A stretch of 64,000 bases of DNA from Alphaproteobacteria bacterium (GTDB lineage Bacteria > Pseudomonadota > Alphaproteobacteria > MPNO01 > UBA830): positions 1,376,001 to 1,440,000 of the forward strand of contig OZ219791.1 in NCBI GenBank assembly GCA_964291215.2. The letters are read 5' to 3'. The translations under genes and the position numbers were made by a program. Below the pieces are notes generated by a model. The model saw only the letters and a program-made list of their open reading frames with translations. It ran no database searches and had not been told where the DNA came from. Below, one piece after another: positions 1 through 10,333 of this stretch (positions are counted from its first letter, which is position 1; every line of letters starts with the position of its first letter).

Positions 1-328
1 CGATTTGGTCTTCTAGGCCTTCGGGAATCAGTCGGTTTTCGGGAAATCGCTGGTCCAGAAGTGCAATGATGTCATTGCTTTCGATGTGCACCTCGCCGTC
101 GAGGATGAGGGCCGGCACGAGCCCCCGTGGATTGATTCCCAGATACCACGGCTGCCATTGCTCCTTCTCGCGGAGATCGATGTGATGGGACTCCCAGGGA
201 ATGCCCTTCAGGCTCAGGAATATCCGCGTTTTCTGCGAACAGGAGGATCCCTGGTAATGAAAGAGGTGCACACCTTTCCACTGCAACACCTCCGTGGTTC
301 GTATGTCGACATCGTATAGCTGTACCAT
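1..328 (-). CDS. Glutathione S-transferase family protein, N-terminal part (runs off window start)
   Basis: Not in ORF track. Minus-strand translation from ATG at 328: MVQLYDVDIRTTEVLQWKGVHLFHYQGSSCSQKTRIFLSLKGIPWESHHIDL...GINPRGLVPAL...HIESNDII, a typical GST thioredoxin-like N-domain. Confidence 0.85.
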   Translation of the reverse strand, partial: MVQLYDVDIRTTEVLQWKGVHLFHYQGSSCSQKTRIFLSLKGIPWESHHIDLREKEQWQPWYLGINPRGLVPALILDGEVHIESNDIIALLDQRFPENRLIPEGLEDQI

Positions 329-333
329 CAGTG

Positions 334-789
334 TTACTCCCTGACTGTCGCAGGCTGGATCGACCGGAAGCAGCGCAGTACGACATCTCTCGACGCCTTT
401 GCCGCATCGGCGTCATAGCCTAGCTTGTACGGCATTGAGAAGTTGTGGCCGATGCAGTCATAGATCGCAATCTTGACGTTCTCATGCCCGCTCCATGCCT
501 CGACTACCTGTTTTACCTTGTCCATCGGCACGGCCGGATCGGCGTCGCCGAAATGAAAACTGACGGGGCAGGATATTCGCGAAGTCTCGTTGAGACTCAG
601 TCCGATGCCCGCCCCGTGATAGGCCGCCATGGTGTCGATGCCGAAACGCGCTGCCACGACATGGGCGTAACGCCCGCCGAAGCAGAAACCGAGCACGGCG
701 ACTTTGCCTTTGCATCGCTGACGTGCCCTCAGATCGTTGATCATGTCCTTGAGATCCTTGACGCTCTGGTCGAAATCGAACGACTCCAT
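334..789 (-). pseudogene. Dienelactone hydrolase family protein, probably 5'-truncated
   Basis: GFCFGG nucleophile motif, FHFGDADP and GHNF motifs; only 151 aa versus ~230 typical, and the upstream frame is broken. Confidence 0.75.
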
Positions 790-1039
790 GCTCGCTAGGT
801 CTGCCTATTAGGCACCCCTGGGCATATCCAGTCTGCAAGGGCTTCAGACAATCCACACCAAAATCAACCGCTGGATTCAGATTGACATTAAATCGTGCGC
901 CCGGCCATGGGGTACTGTAACTTGATGTCTGGAAATTTGTCTGAGGTTGAGGTTCGCGAAGCCCGAGGAGCGTCCGCTGCGTTGATGGACGACTATCTCG
1001 GGTTTCGCCGTCTGGCGGGGCTGCGCCATATTGCGTCCT

Positions 1040-2345
1040 TCAGGGGGCAGTGGCCGGCGGCGTGACGGGGCCTTCAAGTGCCGCGACCGGTGGCTGGAAG
1101 CCGGAGCAGCAGTGGCTTGATCTGACAACACGCGACTGCTTGCGGCGCCGGGAACGTTTCCGAACCTTGCCTCCTTCTTTCTTGCGACGCGGCGGCTGGC
1201 CGACGACCGGGCCTGCGGCCACCAGGTGGCGGAGACGTTCTGCGATCCGGCGCGTTTTGCGGGCACAAGGTGGCGGGCTGGCGTGCCAAGAGGTTTGCCC
1301 GCGGGCGCTGCACCGACCCCCATGGCAAGGAGATTTTCGTTGTGCGGCGCGACGGCTGCTGTCGCGCCCGCAGGTGCTGCGGTGGCCTGCCTCCTCGCTC
1401 CCCGGGGTTCCGAGGTGATGCGTTCGCTGCACGACGTGCTGGCGGCGATCGAGGACTTCCGCCGCGCAGGAAGCACACGGTGTGCTCACGTTCTCGCCGA
1501 GCTTGCGAACATGAAAGGCAGCTGCGCAGTTTGCGCGGTCGCTGTCCCGAGACGAGCTCGAGGCCATCGGCGGAACCCGAGGACGGAGCTGCGCGAGCCG
1601 CCCTCCGGGGTGACCCTCCACCGAGATCGTCCGGTCGATCGACCTCGAGGCGCTCGAGGATGTGCTCGGCCGCGGGCTCGCCCGGGCGCTTGCCGCCGAC
1701 GGCAAGCGCATCCGCGGCGCCAACCGCAACGGCCACCACGAGACCGTGGCCCTCACGCCTCCGGCGCACCCTTCGCGCTGTTGAACTTCGACGACGGCGA
1801 GCCGGCGGCCACCTCCTCGAGCGCACCGATGTTCGCGGCAAGGTGATCACCCGCACGACGCCGGCGACGCTGATCACCCGGTGCTGCGGCGCAGACCACG
1901 TCTTCCCGGTCAAGGGCGCCCGAAACCTTCGACGGCATCGATCGGGAGACGGATGGCCGCTTCAAGGAGGCAAGGCCCGCCTCGAGCAGCGCGTGCCGCT
2001 CAAGGGCTTGATCAACTACCCCGGCGTCAGCCGGATCGCCCGCATCAAGCGCTGTCGCAAGCCGCCGGGAAAGAGCGTCAGCGGCGCAGCGAGCGGCAAC
2101 GACTGCACCGGTACATCAGCTCGATGCGCAACACGCGTCGCCAGAGGAACTGCTGCGGCCGCGGGCTGTGGAAAACATGAACCACCGAGACTGCGTCTTC
2201 GGCGAGGACGCCTGCCTGACCCGCAAACCGCGTCAGCCTCGACAACATCGCGCTCGCGGTGATCTTCGCCAACCGACGCGAGAGCCTCGCCGAAACACGG
2301 CTGCAGCTCAACCACCGGGAAGTCGTCGCAGCCCTGAGCGCCAAT
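1040..2345 (+). pseudogene. Decayed DUF4338 (DruA-like)-ISAs1 family transposase
   Basis: Fragments in shifting frames: GWKPEQQ, NLASFFL, VAETFCDPARFAGT, TDPHGKEIFV (DUF4338-like), then ALAADGKRIRGA, DVRGKVIT, ADHVFPVKG, HRDCVFGEDAC (ISAs1 DDE motifs). Boundaries approximate. Confidence 0.7.
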
Positions 2346-2464
2346 GGTGTCAGGCCGATTCCCGGACGCCGCCCACAACCCGCCCACGCGCCGGCAACGA
2401 CCGCGGACGGCCTCAAAGCCAGAAAATCTGACAAGAATGCGGAAATTTATGCTCCGTTCAGCGG

Positions 2465-2917
2465 TCATTCAAGACATCGACCACAGCGTGGGAAAGTTCT
2501 GGGGAATCGACCACCGCGTGCCGCTTTCTCCCCCTTTTTTCCGCCGTCATAGCCACTCGGCCTACCGCTCTCCGTCGTCTTCACGGACTGACTGTCGATC
2601 TCCCCTGCCGTCGAACGCCGCAGCTTCTGGGTCGGACCCTGCAACGCCGCCACGAGACCCTCATCCCTGGTCACGCCATCGGTAAAAGTAGTATCGGACC
2701 GTCGAAGTTGCTGGAAAACAAGGCGGAAGCGCACGCCACTGGCAGCCCGTCATCAACTGGTACAGCAGCTCATTCACCACTTCGCGCAGGTCTACCTCAC
2801 AGGGACGGCCCGTTGACGACGGCGCTGGAAGCAACGGTGAGCCCATTCCGCGTCTGCGTTTTCGAACCGATTCCCCCGACGCTGATATTTTGCACGAGCG
2901 GTCTTGGTCCAAGCCAT
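2465..2917 (-). mobile_element. IS5 family transposase remnant (5' part, frameshifted)
   Basis: MAWTKTARAKYQRR, GRPCEVDLREVVN..YQLMTGCQWRALP..F...STVRYYFYRWRD, IDSQSVKTTESG...GYDGGKK. Confidence 0.85.
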
Positions 2918-3254
2918 GGCATCCTCCCGATGTCGTCGTCAGTCACATCGCAGAGGCTAGAATCGGGGCCGCTTAATAGTCTCCGCACAGGCTCTTATGA
3001 ATGTAACGTGGGCGGTCCGTGGACCGGTTCGGGACGTATCCGTGTGATTGCCGGTGACGTAGCCGCTCGTTGTCGATGTTGAGCGCTGCGGCGCTTCGTT
3101 GGACCGCCTCGAGGCCTGAACCGGATCCTTTGCGATATGCGGCGCGGCCGGGCGCATCGGTTCCGGTCAAGGCCGGGACTGGTTGTCCGATTCGTCCTCA
3201 TTTCGGCGGGACTGTGCGCCGGCAGGGATCGCGATATGGAGATCCGATGTCGGG

Positions 3255-5708
3255 TCAGCCCCTGGCCGGGTCCGTCTTTCCCGGGGGGGTGGATCGGCGA
3301 CGACGCGCTATCACGTGGTGCACGAGCAGGTAGACGGTTGCAACGGCGAGCGTCGAGACCGCGACGACCGGATCCTTCAACAGCAGGAGAACGGCTAGCA
3401 CCAGACGGAGGCCGACCTCGTACGACGACAGGGGCGCGGCATCGAAGCGGCTGAGAGCGCTTGCCACGAGGTAAAGCGCGACCACCAGACGCAGCATCAA
3501 CCAAGCCAGCGCCTCGAGCTGGACGGTTCCGTCGTAACCGGGCAGGTAGATCTTCTCGCTTGAGAGAGAGCCATCGATCGACGGCGCAAGCTGCGCCTGT
3601 TCGATCAGCAGGAGTTCCGGATAGAAGGCAAATACGAACGGAATCGTGAACATGACGATACCGACCCGGACGGCCTGGATCCCGGTGGCCATCGGTTCGG
3701 CCTTGGAAATGGTGGAGGCCGCGAACGCGGCGATGGCGACGGGTGGTGTGATCGCCGAGGCGACCGCGAAATAGAAGATGAACATGTGGGCCGTGAAGAA
3801 CGATGTTCCGAGCGCGACCAGCAGCGGACCGATGATCAGGATCACGTTCACATAGGCGGGGAGTGTCGGCATGCCCATGCCAAGCATGATCGTGACGATC
3901 ATCGCGGTGATCAACGCCAGGAGCAGGTATGCCGGGCCGCCGACGACAAGTTCCTGACCGAACAGTGTGAAGCTCGATACCGATTTCAGCCAGTTCAGGA
4001 TGTCGATGGTCATGATGCCGGTGAAGTTGGTAAAGTTGATGCAGATGTCGATGACCGCGACGGCGGTCAGGAGCAGGAAGAGCTCGGCGATGATCAGGCC
4101 GGCGCTCGACAGCGCGGTGATGATCTTGCTCGGCGCCTTTCTGATGTCCTCGTCGAGGAAGAGCAGGACGAGCAGGAGCATGACCGCCCAGAAGCCCGCT
4201 GAATCCGGATCCCCGGCGGCGTTCTGAAACAACTTGAGTATCCACGGGAAGGCTTCTCCGATGCCTGGCGTATATCCGAAGATCCATCCGAGAAACCCGG
4301 TGCCGACAGCGTCTTTCCTTGTCAACAGCAGGACCAGTATGAGCAGTATCGGCCCAGCTATCATCAGCAGATTGGTCCAGTCCCGACGCGTGAGCTTCTG
4401 CTCTTCGGTCAGTTGCCCCACGACCTTGAGGTTTGCTCGTCGAGCCTCGAAGATGACGACTAGGAACAGGCTCAGGAAATAGGCAAGCGCGGGGAGAAAG
4501 GCCGCGATGATCACGTCGGAATAGGGAACGGTCGACAACGCCGACAGGACGAACGCGGCGATGCCCATGACGGGTGGCATGAACTGGCCGCCGCTCGATG
4601 CCGCGGCCTCGACGCCGCCCGCGAAGGTCGGCGCGAAGCCGTTTCGCATCATCATCGGGATCGTGAGTGTTCCCGTGCCCAGCACGTTGACTACCGGACC
4701 GCCTGAAATCGTGCCGAACGTGGCCGAGCCCACGATCGCCGCGTGGGCGGGTCCGCCACGCAGATTCCGTGTGATGACGACGGCGAGTTTGATCAGAGCC
4801 CGCCCGCCGGCCGACGCGCCGAACAGCGCGCCCAGGACGACATAGGGGAAGACGATATTGACGGTAATATTCAGGAACTGTCCGAGAAGGCCGTTGGATT
4901 CGAGGGTGATCGCGTTGCGCGCGGCGACCACGCCCGCCGCGTAGCTCTTCACCTCGCCGATGACCGTGCCGATCGATGTGGTGAAGTAGCGATTGTCGGT
5001 CCAGTCGAAATACCATGCGGCGGAGGATAGGACGGTGTAAAGCGCGATGGCGATGGCTACCGCAACGATGGGGAACCCCCACACTCTGACGACATAGACG
5101 AAGAAGATCGTTACCGTGAACAGCAGCCAGGGCAGGACCCAGTTGCCGAGAACGGCTTGGCAATCGGGAAACTCTTCTACCGGGGGTGTCCCGTAGATGG
5201 CAATGTATTCTGCCGCCCGGGCCTTGGTCTCGGCGAGCAGCCGGGCGCGTTCGCCGCTGATCGTGTCGAAGAGGCACACTTGGTCGTGTTCGATCAGATA
5301 GACGAGCGATGTCCCGAGGATGGCCACGAGCATAAGGACATCTAGGAGGCATCCCAGCCAGAAGCGCCCGCCCGCCTGCCCGCGCCAGCTTCGTCCGAAT
5401 GACGATACGAGGAGGGCGGTGACCAGCATCAGGGTGAATGCCAGCGGAAAGAAGAACTCCGAACTGTACTTGCTCAGCCTTGGCAGGTTTTCGAGCCCGG
5501 GTATCGATCGAACGGTTTCCAGGAGCCCGGGGATGTTAGGAAGGTTGTTGGCCATCCCCACGACCACGAGGATGAAGGCGAGCGCCAGTGCCAGCCGGCT
5601 CATCCAGCCGCCATCCGCCACGACCGGCGTCTCCGACATCCCGGAAGCGACGGGCTGCGGGCCGTCGCCTTCGGATGGCGAGGGGGGAATGCGGGGAGTT
5701 TCCGACAC
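3255..5708 (-). CDS. TAXI-type TRAP transporter fused permease (4TM/12TM)
   Basis: 817-aa polytopic protein with GGPAHAAIVGSATFGTISG, AGGVEAAASSGGQFMPPVMG, LGMGMPTLPAY, SAITPPVAIAAFAA motifs. Confidence 0.93.
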   Translation of the reverse strand: MSETPRIPPSPSEGDGPQPVASGMSETPVVADGGWMSRLALALAFILVVVGMANNLPNIPGLLETVRSIPGLENLPRLSKYSSEFFFPLAFTLMLVTALLVSSFGRSWRGQAGGRFWLGCLLDVLMLVAILGTSLVYLIEHDQVCLFDTISGERARLLAETKARAAEYIAIYGTPPVEEFPDCQAVLGNWVLPWLLFTVTIFFVYVVRVWGFPIVAVAIAIALYTVLSSAAWYFDWTDNRYFTTSIGTVIGEVKSYAAGVVAARNAITLESNGLLGQFLNITVNIVFPYVVLGALFGASAGGRALIKLAVVITRNLRGGPAHAAIVGSATFGTISGGPVVNVLGTGTLTIPMMMRNGFAPTFAGGVEAAASSGGQFMPPVMGIAAFVLSALSTVPYSDVIIAAFLPALAYFLSLFLVVIFEARRANLKVVGQLTEEQKLTRRDWTNLLMIAGPILLILVLLLTRKDAVGTGFLGWIFGYTPGIGEAFPWILKLFQNAAGDPDSAGFWAVMLLLVLLFLDEDIRKAPSKIITALSSAGLIIAELFLLLTAVAVIDICINFTNFTGIMTIDILNWLKSVSSFTLFGQELVVGGPAYLLLALITAMIVTIMLGMGMPTLPAYVNVILIIGPLLVALGTSFFTAHMFIFYFAVASAITPPVAIAAFAASTISKAEPMATGIQAVRVGIVMFTIPFVFAFYPELLLIEQAQLAPSIDGSLSSEKIYLPGYDGTVQLEALAWLMLRLVVALYLVASALSRFDAAPLSSYEVGLRLVLAVLLLLKDPVVAVSTLAVATVYLLVHHVIARRRRSTPPGKTDPARG

Positions 5709-5791
5709 TTGGCGCTACCGTCCCGGCCTGCGCCCGGGGACGGAGAACCGGAGCGCCGCTCCGGTTCCCGGACCGGTCCAGGGGCGTCAGC

Positions 5792-6841
5792 CTACGAGGT
5801 CGGCTTCATGCAGTCGGCCACCTTGTAGCCCGCCTCTTCCCAGGCCTCGACGGAGCCGGGATGCAGCTTCGCGCCGGCGTTGCAGAGCGCCATCTTCTTG
5901 TCGTCGATCTCGCCGAAATAGAGGCCCTTGGCAAAGGGCGCCTTCCGGTGCAGGTTGGAAACGTTCTTGATGAACGCCGCCGTCAGGGCCTTGGCAATGC
6001 CCTTGTCCATCTTCTTGTGGACGCCGTCGCTGAACGGCGCGGTCACGGTCCGGAACATGTCGTCTTCGGAGATGATGTTGACGTTCTCGCCATAGTGGGC
6101 GAGCTCGCTGACCGGGAAGATGCTCGGGGCGTTTCCGGGTGCGCCCAGGAACTTCTGCCACGCTGTGCCTTCCCACTTCGCCTTGGGAACGGAAATCAGG
6201 TTGATCTTGCCGGCGGCCGCCAGGATCGGCATCCAGCTCGCCGGGTTTGTGCCGGGGCGCACGGCGGCGTCGACGGAGCGGTCCAGGAAGATTGCATTTG
6301 CCTGGCCCCATGCGATCTGCTTGCCGGCATAGCCCTTGCCGTCATTCAGCCCGGTGGTAAGCCGGATAACCGAACGGGCGGTGTTGAGTGCGCCTCCTCG
6401 AGGCGGGCCATTGAAGACGGTCTTGCCTTTGATCTTGTCCCAGCTGTCGATCCCGGTGCTGGCGTAGGCGAGCAGGAAAAAGCCCGTGATGCCATGGTAC
6501 GGGTAGAGGACGCGCAGGTTGGAGGCGAGTTCCGCGCCCCGCTCGCGGCCGAGCGAGCCGTAGGGGCCCAGCCCGCGGGACATCAGGAAATACAGGACGA
6601 TGGGCATCGCCGCTATGTCCGTCTTGCCCTCGGCCACCTGCTGAATCGAACGGGTCAGGGTCTTGCCGCCCTGACCCTGGATGGTTGCGATCTTTTCGGC
6701 CGCGGCGAGCTCGGCCAGGTTCCGGGCCGAAACATCGCTGCCGCCGCCTGCCTGCCCGTATTCGTGGGTGAGCGTCGGCATCTGCGCGTAAGCCGATGTG
6801 GCTAGCATCGTTGCCGCACCGATAATCAGAAGTCTCTTCAT
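5792..6841 (-). CDS. TAXI family TRAP transporter solute-binding protein
   Basis: Signal peptide MKRLLIIGAATMLATSAYA (ATG 6841, GGAG RBS), C-terminal LHPGSVEAWEEAG, adjacent to TAXI permease. Confidence 0.88.
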   Translation of the reverse strand: MKRLLIIGAATMLATSAYAQMPTLTHEYGQAGGGSDVSARNLAELAAAEKIATIQGQGGKTLTRSIQQVAEGKTDIAAMPIVLYFLMSRGLGPYGSLGRERGAELASNLRVLYPYHGITGFFLLAYASTGIDSWDKIKGKTVFNGPPRGGALNTARSVIRLTTGLNDGKGYAGKQIAWGQANAIFLDRSVDAAVRPGTNPASWMPILAAAGKINLISVPKAKWEGTAWQKFLGAPGNAPSIFPVSELAHYGENVNIISEDDMFRTVTAPFSDGVHKKMDKGIAKALTAAFIKNVSNLHRKAPFAKGLYFGEIDDKKMALCNAGAKLHPGSVEAWEEAGYKVADCMKPTS

Positions 6842-7200
6842 GTCGATCTCCATATGAATTCGGGCTCGTGCCGTGCAGCTTGGAGACCATTTCCGATGGA
6901 ACGGCGCTGAACCGCCTGTGCGGGGCCCGGCAGCCAGCTTCGGCCGGTTTTCCGTCGCGATGGGGACTCTGCGTTGCGCGTCGTGCCCAGTCTTTACCGT
7001 GTCCACTTATACGTTCTTCGCCGACATGTCAAAAGTGGCAGGCTGCGGCCCGTTTCCGCGGCGCCTCGTCATTCGCCGGCGCTGTCCTTGCGGGTTGGCG
7101 GATGAGCCGGCAGCGCCGCCGTAATTATCCGCGGAATTCCAAAACCTCGGCCCGGCAGGGAATCTCGGAACAGCTGGCGCCCCCCGGCGCGGCCGCCGCC

Positions 7201-7932
7201 CTATTCGCAGACCGCGATCTCCATCCCGATCTTCAAGTCGAAATTCTTGGCTGCGCTGCCGAAACCGACCGCCACCTCGACAAGACCGAGGGAGTTGCCA
7301 TACCAGAACGGTATGTTGGGCCCCGCCTGCGCAAAAATCCTTTCGTGTTCGAAGCGCCAGCCGCCGATCTCGATGGTCGCCGATTTAGGAACGGCGGACG
7401 TTCGTACTCCGGTCATCGCGTTGCCGAAGCCGTCGATATAGATGATCTCCGGCAGATCATTCGGGTACGGATCGCGCCACACTTCGTCTATCTCTCGGGT
7501 TTTGCACTTCACCGCCTTGCTGAGCGCGAGCCGGGCGGCGGTCGGCGCAAAGAGGTCGCGACCATGGAAGGTATCGGAGACACGCCATGGTGGCTTCCAT
7601 GTGACAACATCGAACGAGACATCGGAAGCGCACCGCATGACCATCTCGAACAGCCCGTTGTCCGGGCCGACGAAGCGGCGGCCGTCGGCGGTGACGATGC
7701 AAGGCGCGCGCGCGGAGCCGACAGTGGGGTCGACGACGGCGAGCACGATCGCATCGCGCTGCAGAAAGTTCGCCACGCGTTCAAGGAGGAATGCGGCGGG
7801 CCGAATATTCGTCGCTGGCGCGTCATGCATGAGATCAATGACGGGATGTCCCGGCGCGTCGCGTTCCAGCACGGCCTTGACCTGCCCCACATAGAGGCTG
7901 CCTGGCCCGTAGTCGGTAAACAGCGCGATCAT
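7201..7932 (-). CDS. SAM hydroxide adenosyltransferase (DUF62; SAM-dependent chlorinase/fluorinase family)
   Basis: MIALFTDYG..YVGQVK, LAVVDPTVGSAR, FVGPDNGL, TFHGRDLFAP, YIDGFGNAMTG, NSLGLVEVAV. Confidence 0.92.
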   Translation of the reverse strand: MIALFTDYGPGSLYVGQVKAVLERDAPGHPVIDLMHDAPATNIRPAAFLLERVANFLQRDAIVLAVVDPTVGSARAPCIVTADGRRFVGPDNGLFEMVMRCASDVSFDVVTWKPPWRVSDTFHGRDLFAPTAARLALSKAVKCKTREIDEVWRDPYPNDLPEIIYIDGFGNAMTGVRTSAVPKSATIEIGGWRFEHERIFAQAGPNIPFWYGNSLGLVEVAVGFGSAAKNFDLKIGMEIAVCE

Positions 7933-8159
7933 GCGGTGCACTATGGTATGGCACATTAGCCCCGGCAAGCCGGACCGCGCAGCCGGGATTGGCGCCGGGC
8001 TCGCTCGTGTGCGAGAGTTTGGTGATGGTGCGTCTTCGGGGGGGGGGGCGCCCGCAACCGGCGGCCGGGGGCATGGCGGACGGCTGCGACCCGTTCGTGG
8101 CTCTGAAAAGGCTGTCCGGGATTGACTTGAACCGGTGTCGCGGATACCTAACCGTCGCC

Positions 8160-9128
8160 ATGAGGATTTTCCGACATGTTGCCGGCCTGCCGGAAGCGGT
8201 GCACGGATCATCGGTCGCGATCGGTAATTTCGATGGTGTCCATCTTGGCCACCAGACGGTTATCGGAAGCGCCGGAGAAATTGCCGGAGACGGCGGCATA
8301 CCGCTGTCGGTTCTCACGTTCGAGCCGCATCCGCGTCTGTTTTTCCGGCCCGAGGAACCATCCTTTCAGCTCACGCCGCTACGTAGCAAGATGCGCATGC
8401 TGGAGAGGATCGATGTCGATAACCTCCTTGTCATGCATTTCGATGCAGAGGTGTCGCGGCTCGGTCATCAGGACTTCGTCCGCAAGTTCCTTGTTGAGGG
8501 GTTCCGTGCCCGGCACGTGACCGTCGGCTATGACTTCGTGTTCGGCGCTGAGCGTGGCGGCAATATTGACTATCTGCGGGCCTGCGCCGATGACGGTGAT
8601 TTCGGCTTGCAGGTTGTCGGTGCGGTAACCGACGGGGACGGTACGGTCTTTTCCTCTACCACCATCCGGAACTGCCTTGCTGCAGCTCGGCCGAGAGAAG
8701 CGGCGAGTCTGCTCGGCCGCCCCTGGGAAATCGAGGGCCGCGTGCAGCGCGGTGACCAGCGCGGGCGCCAGATCGGCTTTCCGACAGCCAATGTTTCGAT
8801 CGCAGACTATATGCAGCCGGCACTTGGGGTCTATGCGGTCTTTGCCGGCCTCGAGGACGGTGGCGATGTCACGTGGCACCCCGGCTGCGCCAATGTCGGC
8901 CGTCGGCCGACATTCGACAAGACGGACGTCAACGTGGAGGTCTACGTCTTCGACTTCACCGATGACATCTACGACCGTCTGCTTCGTGTTGCCTTCGTCG
9001 ATTACATCCGCCCGGAAAGGAAATTCGACGGTGTTGCCCAGCTCCGTGAGCAGATAGCCAGGGACAGCCATGATGCTCGCATCCTGCTCGAGGCGGTCCC
9101 TGCCGGCGACCTGATGTCGCCGGCATGA
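8160..9128 (+). CDS. ribF: Bifunctional riboflavin kinase/FAD synthetase
   Basis: IGNFDGVHLGHQ, TFEPHP, VGYDFVFG, GRQIGFPTAN, NVGRRPTF. Confidence 0.97.
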   Translation: MRIFRHVAGLPEAVHGSSVAIGNFDGVHLGHQTVIGSAGEIAGDGGIPLSVLTFEPHPRLFFRPEEPSFQLTPLRSKMRMLERIDVDNLLVMHFDAEVSRLGHQDFVRKFLVEGFRARHVTVGYDFVFGAERGGNIDYLRACADDGDFGLQVVGAVTDGDGTVFSSTTIRNCLAAARPREAASLLGRPWEIEGRVQRGDQRGRQIGFPTANVSIADYMQPALGVYAVFAGLEDGGDVTWHPGCANVGRRPTFDKTDVNVEVYVFDFTDDIYDRLLRVAFVDYIRPERKFDGVAQLREQIARDSHDARILLEAVPAGDLMSPA

Positions 9129-9173
9129 AGGCCGTGGCGGGTTTCCCGGTTCCGTCCGCTGGAGCATAGGTCC

Positions 9174-9683
9174 GTGCTTCGCTTCGGTCTCCTCCTTGCC
9201 GTGGTCGTCACGGTTCTCGACCAGATCTCGAAGCTGTGGATAGTCTACAGCGTGATGGCGCCGCCCCGTATCATCGAAGTGACGCCGTTCTTCAATATCG
9301 TGATGGTCTGGAACCGGGGGGTGAGCTTCGGCCTGCTAAGCGACGGCGCATTCTGGGTGCAGTACGCCGTCGGGGCGCTGGCGATTGTCATCTGCGTAGT
9401 GTTTGCCGTGTGGCTGGTGCGTGCGACAAGCCGCATGGTCGCCACGGGTCTCGGATTGGTGATTGGCGGCGCCGCGGGAAACTTCATCGACCGAGCGCTG
9501 CACGGGGCGGTGGCGGACTTTCTCGATTTTCACGCGTTCGGATATCACTGGCCGGCCTTCAACATCGCGGACGCCGCGATCACGGTCGGCGCGGCGGCGC
9601 TGTTGCTCGACGGATTGATTGTCGCGTCGCGGGCGAATAAGGTGGCCCGGAAATCAGATCAGGTCCCGGGGACAAGGCGATGA
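9174..9683 (+). CDS. lspA: Lipoprotein signal peptidase II
   Basis: DQISK, WNRGVSFG, GGAAGNFIDR, AVADFLD, WPAFNIADAAI. Confidence 0.96.
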   Translation: MLRFGLLLAVVVTVLDQISKLWIVYSVMAPPRIIEVTPFFNIVMVWNRGVSFGLLSDGAFWVQYAVGALAIVICVVFAVWLVRATSRMVATGLGLVIGGAAGNFIDRALHGAVADFLDFHAFGYHWPAFNIADAAITVGAAALLLDGLIVASRANKVARKSDQVPGTRR

Positions 9684-10237
9684 AACCTGCATGGGGAACC
9701 ATTCCGGCGTCACTTGCCGTTGCCAGCGTCCTGCTGCTCGCGGGGTGTGATTCGGCGCGGGAGGCGATGGGGCTCGGCAAGCAGTCGATCAACGAGTTCG
9801 AGGTCGTGCCGCAGGCGCCGCTCAGCCTGCCTCCGGATTTCAGGTTGCGGCCGCCGCAGCCCGGGGCGAAGCGTCCCCAGGGGGTAGCGGCCCCGGATGC
9901 CGCGCGCGGCCTGCTGGTCGGGTCGCGGCCCGCCAACGGACAGAGCGCGGCTCCGTCAGCCGGGTCGCCGGCCGAGCAGGCGCTCCTGAAGAGCGCCGGG
10001 GCGACTGCGACGGATCCCGGCATCCGGGCCGCGATCGACCGCGAATCCGCGATCCTGTCGCAGGTGGACGAGGACTTCGTCGATCGCCTGATATTCTGGA
10101 AAACCAGGCCCGAGCCCGGCACCATCGTCGATCCGACGAAGGAGGCCGAACGGCTTCGCAAGAACAAGGCGGCGGGCACACCGGTTACGGAAGGCGAAAC
10201 CCCGGTCATCAAGCGTGATCCCCAAGGCTGGCAGTAG
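9680..10237 (+). CDS. DUF3035 family lipoprotein
   Basis: Lipobox LLLAGC, EFEVVPQAPLSLPPDFRLRPP; position between lspA and M16 peptidases. Confidence 0.85.
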   Translation: MKPAWGTIPASLAVASVLLLAGCDSAREAMGLGKQSINEFEVVPQAPLSLPPDFRLRPPQPGAKRPQGVAAPDAARGLLVGSRPANGQSAAPSAGSPAEQALLKSAGATATDPGIRAAIDRESAILSQVDEDFVDRLIFWKTRPEPGTIVDPTKEAERLRKNKAAGTPVTEGETPVIKRDPQGWQ

Positions 10238-10333
10238 GCGCTACGGCCGGCCCGGACGAGCCTTCCGGCACCCCCTCCATGGAGCAGGCCGGCAGACCCT
10301 GACCGTACGAGCGAAGCACGGAGGCAGTTCGGG

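Noticed and set aside
2995-5352. Long alternative-frame and antisense ORFs (e.g. 785 aa here; 53998-56451, 31869-33509, 20750-22237)
   Set aside because: Arg/Pro/Gly-rich shadow ORFs overlapping well-supported genes, expected at high GC
7201-7932. Possible SAM-dependent halogenase (fluorinase/chlorinase)
   Set aside because: The TFHGRD motif is typical of DUF62 SAM hydrolases, and there is no biosynthetic context
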